Assembly: GCF_009914755.1 (NCBI RefSeq)
Contig: NC_060936.1
Direction: 5' to 3' (one strand)
From: the human T2T-CHM13v2.0 reference genome, Homo sapiens
DNA length: 64,000 nucleotides
In this document: piece after piece, positions 1 to 64,000 of the stretch
Layout: each line of letters begins with the position of its first letter
Position numbering within the stretch: position 1 is the first letter of the stretch
The notes under the pieces: generated by a model
The model's input: only the letters and a program-made list of their open reading frames with translations
Database searches by the model: none
What the model was told of the DNA's origin: nothing
Position numbers and translations under genes: made by a program

Positions 1-111
1 ACGGGGTTTTCTCCATGTTGATCAGGCTGGTCTTGAACTCCCGACCTCAGGTGATCTGCCCATCTCGGCCTCCCGAGTGCTAGGATTACAGGCATGAGCC
101 ACCGCACCTGG
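1..111 (-). mobile_element. Alu, partial at window edge
   Basis: Antisense left arm. Confidence 0.85.
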
Positions 112-214
112 CCACTCCTTTAATCTTTTTATGAAAAGAGAATACGATACTAAAATGGAGCTGGTTGTAGGTGAGATTATTCGGTAACTAATTCATATTT
201 TATCTTACCCATAG

Positions 215-39239
<39,025 letters not shown>

Positions 39240-39327
39240 TGTCTCCCTGTGCTGATACAAGCATGAACTTTCTGGAATATTCTGCTAGTCTGAAATTACA
39301 GCAGGTTGTCTGGGGTAGGGGGGAGGC

Positions 39328-39631
39328 GTTTTTTTTTTTTTTTGAGACAAGGTCTCACTCTGTCACCCAAGGTGGAGTGCAGTGACGACATCACAGCTCA
39401 CTGCAGCCTCAACCTGGGTTCAAGTGATCCTCTCACCTCAGCCTCCCAAGTAGTTGTGCCTCCTAGGCACACAACACTATGCCCGGCAAATTTTTTGTAT
39501 TTTGTATTTTTTGTAGAAACAGGATTTCGCCATGTTGGCCAGGCTGGTCTCGAACACCTGGGCTCAACTGATCCGCCTGCCTCGGCCTCCCAAAGTGCTG
39601 GGATTACAGGTGTGAGCCACCCTGCTCAACC
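39328..39631 (-). mobile_element. Antisense AluJ-like in the UTP20 3'UTR
   Basis: Lies between the stop codon and AATAAA. Confidence 0.87.
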
Positions 39632-39711
39632 AGGTTTTATTATTTAAGTTAGTTAAACTTTGGATAGATTGTATAATATATAGTTTAATGTAATCATGCT
39701 CATATTTTTTA

Positions 39712-39721
39712 AATAAATAAA
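39712..39721 (+). terminator. UTP20: Probable UTP20 poly(A) signal (two overlapping AATAAA)
   Basis: First AATAAA after the stop codon, followed by GT/T-rich sequence; implies a 3'UTR of about 0.5 kb. Confidence 0.75.
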
Positions 39722-39799
39722 ACACTATACTACTGCTGGGTCTTCACTGTTTAAAAAGCATGTGACACTAGTCAGAGTTTAAAATATAATTTGTAAATA

Positions 39800-41300
39800 A
39801 AAGGATACATTTTTAAATAGCAAGAAAAAATGTAGAAGTTAGCAATTAATCAAACAAAAGATTTGCAAATACTGCTCTATAGTACTTGCTAAAATTTTAG
39901 GAAAAGGCAGTAAGAAAGATCTGCACAAACGGAACTATAACCATGTTCTTGGCTAGGAAGATTCAGGATCATAAAACGCTACTTCTTTTTCCCAAGTTGA
40001 TCCTTTGGTTAAATGTGTATCTGAGCAAAATCCCAAGAGTTCTTCACATTAACCCAACAAGCTAATTCTAAAATGTATATGGAAGATGATATTAAGCCAA
40101 GAATAACCATGACACTCTCACAAAAGTAGAACAGGATGAGGGGCTTGCCCTATTGGATATCAAAAGTAAGACACAAAAACTATCTATAGAGAGAACGTGT
40201 AATAAATCCTACTTCATTAAGAACTTCTGCTTAGGAAAAAACACAAACTGGGACATGGCATACAACACATACTGTTAAACAATTAGTAGTACCAGGACAT
40301 ATAATGAATACTGATGAATCAACACAGATAATCTAGTGGAAAAAGTGGCAAAAGAGAGAAATGAGCATTGCACAAAAGGAGAAACGTAAATGGTCCTTAA
40401 ACATTGTTAGCTGATATGGCTATAACTTTTTTTTTTTAAGTATTATGCACTGCTTGGTAAGTCATTACATTGAGACCCCCAAGTGCCACCCTGGCTACAT
40501 GAGGTTCTTAGATTACATACCTTCTCACACCAGAAGTTAAAGAATACCTGGATTAGTCGGAGTCCTACTGTACTAGCTATGTCTAGTTGTTAAATTGTTT
40601 GAGTCACTCCTGTATTTAGCCTCATTAGTAATTAGGAAAATGCCAGTTATCACCAGAATTAGATTCCATTTTGAAATCATCAGATTGATAAAGCTGACAA
40701 TACCAAGTGCTGGCAAGCATGGTGGAGCCATAGGAAATCTTATAAACCACTTTGGAAAGCAGTTTGACATTATCTTGTAAACCTGAAGACAGGTATACTC
40801 CCTGATCCCAAATTCCACTCCTAGAGAAACCATGAACCATGGATCTGAAGAATGTTCTTGAACCATTACTAAAAGTCAAGAACTAGAAGCAATCCAAATG
40901 TCCTTCCACAAGAGAATAAATAAAATGGTTTATTCATATACTGAAATAAAGTAGCGGAAATCAGCTAATTATATATATATATATAAATATAGATGATATT
41001 CTAGAAACAATGTTGAGTGGGGGGAAAAGAAAAATTAGAGTTGAATACCACTGTAATAAAATTTTGTGTACATATATAAATCTGTAGAAAAAAATTAACG
41101 ATTTCAAAGTTTTCAGGATAGAAGGTACTTCTGAGAAGGAATAGGATCAAGGGAGAAGAACATGGTGGGGTTGGGGGACTTAAACTGTCCTCAAACTGTT
41201 CAGTGTCTTACATTTGGTGCCAGATTTCCAAGTTCATAATGCTTCATTACATTACTTTCTGTACATAATATATTTCCTGATAACATTTTCTAACGTTCGG
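39800..41300 (+). mobile_element. Old L1M 3' relic
   Basis: caagctaattctaaaatgtatatggaag; tgacaataccaagtgctggc; aattccactcctag. Confidence 0.65.
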
Positions 41301-41370
41301 CCAAAACCACATTAATACAAAGTTATTAGTACAAAGAAAACAGGTGGTTTCTTTGAAACTTTACTTTGAA

Positions 41371-45321
<3,951 letters not shown>

Positions 45322-45598
45322 CAAACTAAAACTGTAATAAGTCACACTTATTTAGAGGTGGCTCAAGTTGTTTCTGTTGTTCAACCACATAGCATCTTTT
45401 GCCTCACCCTATACTTGATGTGGAAGAAATATTCTTTAGTGCCCCATATATTTGGGGACATATGGGGTGGGAAATCCACCCTATGTGCCAGGCACTTTGG
45501 ATACATTTTGTTTAATCCTAGTACTCCTGAGAGATTTCTACAATTGGTTCCTATTTTACAGATGAAGAAACTGAGACTCAGAGTAAATAACTTGCCTA

Positions 45599-45956
<358 letters not shown>

Positions 45957-46254
45957 ACAAAAGTCCATGCTTTATAATTTGTAATTACGGGCTTAGAATA
46001 TGACAGTATGTGGCACAGAAATCAAATGTTCATTCACTTCAGCATCTGTGCTTTGATGTAGTGTGTATCTCAAACGGGAATTCTCACGCTTCTAAGGGCT
46101 TTGTAATTTATCAAAAGGAGGCCATCTTAGAAGACTGATTTTAATTAATTCTAAGTGACTTAAGTGCATGTATTGCTTTCATAAAATTTTTAAAAATAAA
46201 ATACTAAGGCAAAGATCAGAAAGGACAAATATATCTGGCATATTGAAGACGTCT

Positions 46255-48757
46255 TTGTTTTTAATCAATACATATTTATTGAGTGCCTACTGTGTGCCAG
46301 GTGCACCACACTAGATGCAACGGATACTAACAGTAAATAAGATACGGTCCCTGCCCTCAGAGCTTACATTTCAACAGTTTAAAGTGCATCTCAGGTATTT
46401 CAGATAACAGAAGTAATTCTACCACTCTCATATTTTTTTTTTTAATGCAAGACACAACACAATCATAGGCCAGAGTTATAAAATACAATGTTAGAAAGAA
46501 ACGTTTGGTATCATTCGTCCAGATCCCATTTTACAGAAAAGAAACTACAGGAGTGGCCATTTGCACCTATGTTCTGATTTCAAGTTTGGTGTTTTACCCA
46601 TTGCCAGGCCTCTCATAAAACAATATTCAGATTTGCCATGTATATATCAATATCCAAACGCTGGTAGTATACCTGTGCAGTTGTCTCCTGCTAGACAAGG
46701 ACCATATAATTTATAGCTTATTTAAGTGTCCACTTTCTTTATCCCATCCTATTCTTTGTGATAAACCAGAGGGATCAGGCTTAACCAAGTGCTGAACTTT
46801 GGGGCAACTTCATGCCCTAGGATTCAAGATGGCCAGCGGCTACATGCCGGGTCTGCCTGCCAGGACCTTACTTCCCATTTTTTGCAGTTTTCCTGGACTG
46901 CCGGGAGGCAGCTGTACAAGCTTTATAAGCCTCAGGCTGTAAGTGAACTTGCTTTCTGCATTTTCCAGCCATGTGCCATTGACCAGGAGTGAACTCAAGT
47001 ATAAATTGCAAAGGGCTACTTGTCAAGATGACAAATATCTATCCTACTGTTTCAACTATGAACATATTCTGAAATGCCATATGCCAGGCGCCATACCAGA
47101 TACTAGGGACATAAATATGAAAAAGTCTTTGCCCCTCAGGAGTAATATTGGTTGTACTGGAACATTTGTAGCTGAAGGAAAATCTCCAAAAAAGATTTCA
47201 AAGAGACTAAAGTAGGAATGGGTGCTGGAGAATGAGCAAGAAGGGTGAGAGTCCCACGGGTGAAGGGAGAAAGCAGCAGAGAATGAATATAAGCCCGGAG
47301 AATGAACATAAATGTGAGGGGAAGAGGCCAGAGGCCAACACTGGAAGGACAGTGAGGGCCAAGAAAGGAACTACTAATGTTTCTGAGACCTGCAGGGAAC
47401 CATGGTATTAAGCTCTCATTACCAGCACCTAATTTTTTAGAGGCTGGTTTTCCAACTTAAGTGAAAGAAATTCACCCTGTTTTTAGCAATTATGACGCAC
47501 TATATTTACTTCTGTCACATTAGCTGATTCTGTGGTGGACTGGGTAATTTGAAAAGCTCCTTTGAACATGAATTGTTTTTAAACTTACAGTCTAGCAATA
47601 AGCCTAATTTTTAAAACAGAATGCTTAATTTCTCCCTGTACAATCAGTAAGATTTTGATTTTTAACAAGTTTACATGTCCAATTACATGTAGATAAAAGG
47701 AATGAAAACCAGTAAAGACACCTTTTATAATCTGAAAATAGATTTTTAAACCTTCCTTTAATGTGAAATTTTCTCTTTAATGTGTTATGAATTCTATCAA
47801 ATATAACCATTTAGGATTATTTATAGTATGTCACTGATCACTTCTACTAGTATAGACAAATAAATTTATAAACATTATTTTGAATGTAACTAATTAGCAT
47901 AATTTTATTTAAGAGTTAGACTGTGTTGTCAATACTGACATTTTTGGGAATATATAGTATAGTTTATGAGTCAAGCTTCTGAACCAAAAGTTTTACTTTG
48001 AGCCCTATTCCTACCTTACAAGCTAGCAGGTGACCTTGGGCAAGCCAACCTATTAGAACCCTGGGTTCACGTCCATACAGTGAAGACATCATAACCTGTC
48101 CTACCTACTTCACAAGCTTCCTCTACCGATCAACTAGATCAATATATGTAAGATTTTTTTTGACAACTGTAAAGTACTATAAAATGACACTTACAGATAA
48201 GTCAGTGAAGTTAACCATCAAAACAATATTCATGCCTATAACCAAAAGCTTTTAAACAAAACAGCTTAATAAAAAGTGGTCAGGTAAGCAAATAAAGATT
48301 ATATTACACAAACTATGTTCCTCACCTACTCTCATACTGAGTCTAATCTTTGGAAAGATAATTCATTTTAAGGGGAAAAAAATCTGTTAAGATATTTTTT
48401 AGTATTTATACAAACAAGCTGCAACTACTATTCAAAAATAGGTTTTTTTCATCCAATAGGAGTATACTCTTTAATAGAACTGTATTTGAATAAGAATTCC
48501 ATACAAATAGAATATATACCTTAACACAAGAAAGCAAGAAAAGAATATTTTACATTACATAGAACATTCAGGTGATTCGATCAAATTATCCCTCCAACTA
48601 AATACTTATTTTCCCTATTTACTACAAATATTGCAGTCAGTCAGTATATGCCAATAATCATATAGTTTTAACATCTAGTAGTGTGAAGTACACTTGACTG
48701 TTTCCAAAGGGAGAGAGGTGATGTAGTCTTCATTTCAGGGGAGAAGAATGGACTGAA
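46255..48757 (-). other. ARL1: Probable long ARL1 3'UTR (about 2.5 kb) containing MIR and L2 relics
   Basis: Runs from the stop to a distal AATAAA (46275-46280). Proximal candidates are ATTAAA at 48470-48475 and AATAAA at 47904-47909. Confidence 0.65.
46275..46280 (-). terminator. ARL1: Probable distal ARL1 poly(A) signal inside an L2 3' end
   Basis: Minus strand GGCACTC-AATAAA-TATGTATTG with U/GU-rich sequence downstream. Confidence 0.65.
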
Positions 48758-60763
<12,006 letters not shown>

Positions 60764-61647
60764 GATGAACCCCCTGTCCTCCCTCGCCGATCTTCAGTGA
60801 TTCCTTGGCCTTCGGCTGCAGCTCCGAGGCGGTTTCCTCGCAAGCCCAGTCAGCCAGCAACTTCCACGTCGGACTCCAGGCGGGGGCGGGAGCGAGGGTC
60901 AGCTGCGACTGCGCGCCGGGAACGGTGGCCTGAGCATCCGCGTCGTCGCTTTCGACTCACGGTCCCCGCTCACTGGATGTAGATACCGTGGAGGCCAGAA
61001 GAGACGAATAATTCAAAAACCTGAAGTCTCTCCTGCTTGTGTTTTTCTGGACAGAAAGAGCTTCTGAAATAGAGAAATTGGAATTTTTGTTTTAAATTCT
61101 GACACCAAAAAGTGGCGAATCTGACAACTGAAAATGCGAGTCGGGCCTCGATGAGTCGTCCCGGTCGAACGCTGGCGCAGGCTGCGGCGTTGCAGAGGAC
61201 GCGTGTCCCGGAGCGCCCTGCGGGGCCAGCCCAACTCTCCCTAGGTGCTTTCTCCCAGAAAGAAACAAGACTACGTAATAATAATAGGAATGGTACCGCG
61301 CTGCCAATGCGGAGCAGCCTTGCACCTGAGGCCAGTAACCAGAGGTTTTTGTCTTCGCTGTGGCCTGCAGGACGAGGACCTCGCCGGCTTTTTTTCTCGC
61401 TGACCGAGCAGCTGAGACCGCCTTTCAGGGGTCGGCAGTGTGGACTGGCTGGTCCCGATCGTGGGGACCAGGGACTTATTCCCTCGAGGGTCGACTGTTG
61501 GAAGTAATGTAGGTTTTGATAGTGAAGTGTGTGGAGAGGAAGAAGGAAGCACACCTATAGGATGTGGAGAAGGGATTTCCCCTAGAGAAATTTTTAAAGG
61601 TTGAGCATGTATGTTTTGAAACTTCCCAAAGATCCATTGAAAAGTGA

Positions 61648-61948
<301 letters not shown>

Positions 61949-62139
61949 GAAAAGTAAACCTTCCATCCCTAATACCCTGTATCTCGGTGATCCCCAGTAG
62001 TCACTACTGTTAATACTCTCTTAGGTTTTCTTCCAAATCTTATTAATACCTTTGCATATTATGTTTTTATTTATGGTAGAGATTTTCATCCATTCAACAG
62101 AAGCTTATGGACTGCCTTTTTAGTTTATTTTAAAAGAAT

Positions 62140-63040
<901 letters not shown>

Positions 63041-63378
63041 TGCCTATCTTGGTTTTGATTTGTTTGCAGACTCCACTAGTTGTCTAGGTTCTGAACTAGT
63101 TTTTGCCTCTTGCTCTCATCCTTGCCCCCAAAACCACAGGTTCACGGAAATTTTCCTGCAAGGAAAAGTTTTGTTTTGTTTATTTTTATTTTTGTTAATG
63201 GTTTGAGAAGGGGAGAAGGGCTCTACCTAAACACCTGAACCTTTCTAAGGCTATCCTTTGTAAGCACTGTGTGGTCTAATTATTGGACCTCTGTGCTTAT
63301 GATTCTATAATACCTCCTCTTAAACAAGATTAGTTTGCTGCTGCTTGAAAGATCTTGGCCATTACTACTTCAAACTTA

Positions 63379-63798
<420 letters not shown>

Positions 63799-64000
63799 CT
63801 ACATATTCTGAACCAGATAAATGAGATATATATCGCGATGCTTTGTAAACTGAAATACTATATACAAATTTAAATGTATTGACAGCCTTTCAGAATCTAT
63901 ATTAAGCACCTAGTTACAAGTCACTGTGGAAATAACAGTGTAATAAAGACTAAAAAAGACCCATTAGGCATTTTGATCAAAAATTCTCATTTTTCAAAAT

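Noticed and set aside
60970-61554. 194-aa (-) and 131-aa (+) ORFs in the promoter
   Set aside because: Stop-poor GC-rich CpG-island sequence, non-ATG starts, no recognisable domain.

Overview
Primate, almost certainly human, genomic DNA: it carries an AluYa5, and the gene pair matches my recollection of chr12q23. The window holds two convergent genes. (1) The last 25 coding exons of UTP20 on the + strand (215-39239) splice into one open frame of 1203 codons plus TAA. These are probably exons 38-62, aa 1583-2785, if the protein is the 2785-aa form I recall. (2) The complete ARL1 gene on the - strand has 6 coding exons encoding 181 aa, a GC-AG last intron, a CpG-island promoter at about 60.3-61.5 kb and a long 3'UTR. 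The rest is mostly repeats: more than 50 Alus, two L1PA3-like insertions, old L1M/L2/MIR fragments, DNA transposon relics and a U13 snoRNA retrocopy. Almost all entries in the ORF track are Alu/L1 noise or exon read-through. I see no convincing new multi-gene system. The best leads are a ~45-nt poly(A)-tailed, TSD-flanked micro-retrocopy, candidate cassette exons in ARL1, several short local duplications in UTP20 introns, an L2-derived ARL1 poly(A) signal, and a twin-primed L1 just downstream of a UTP20 donor. Exon coordinates were checked by frame continuity. Repeat boundaries and subfamily names were assigned by eye and are approximate.
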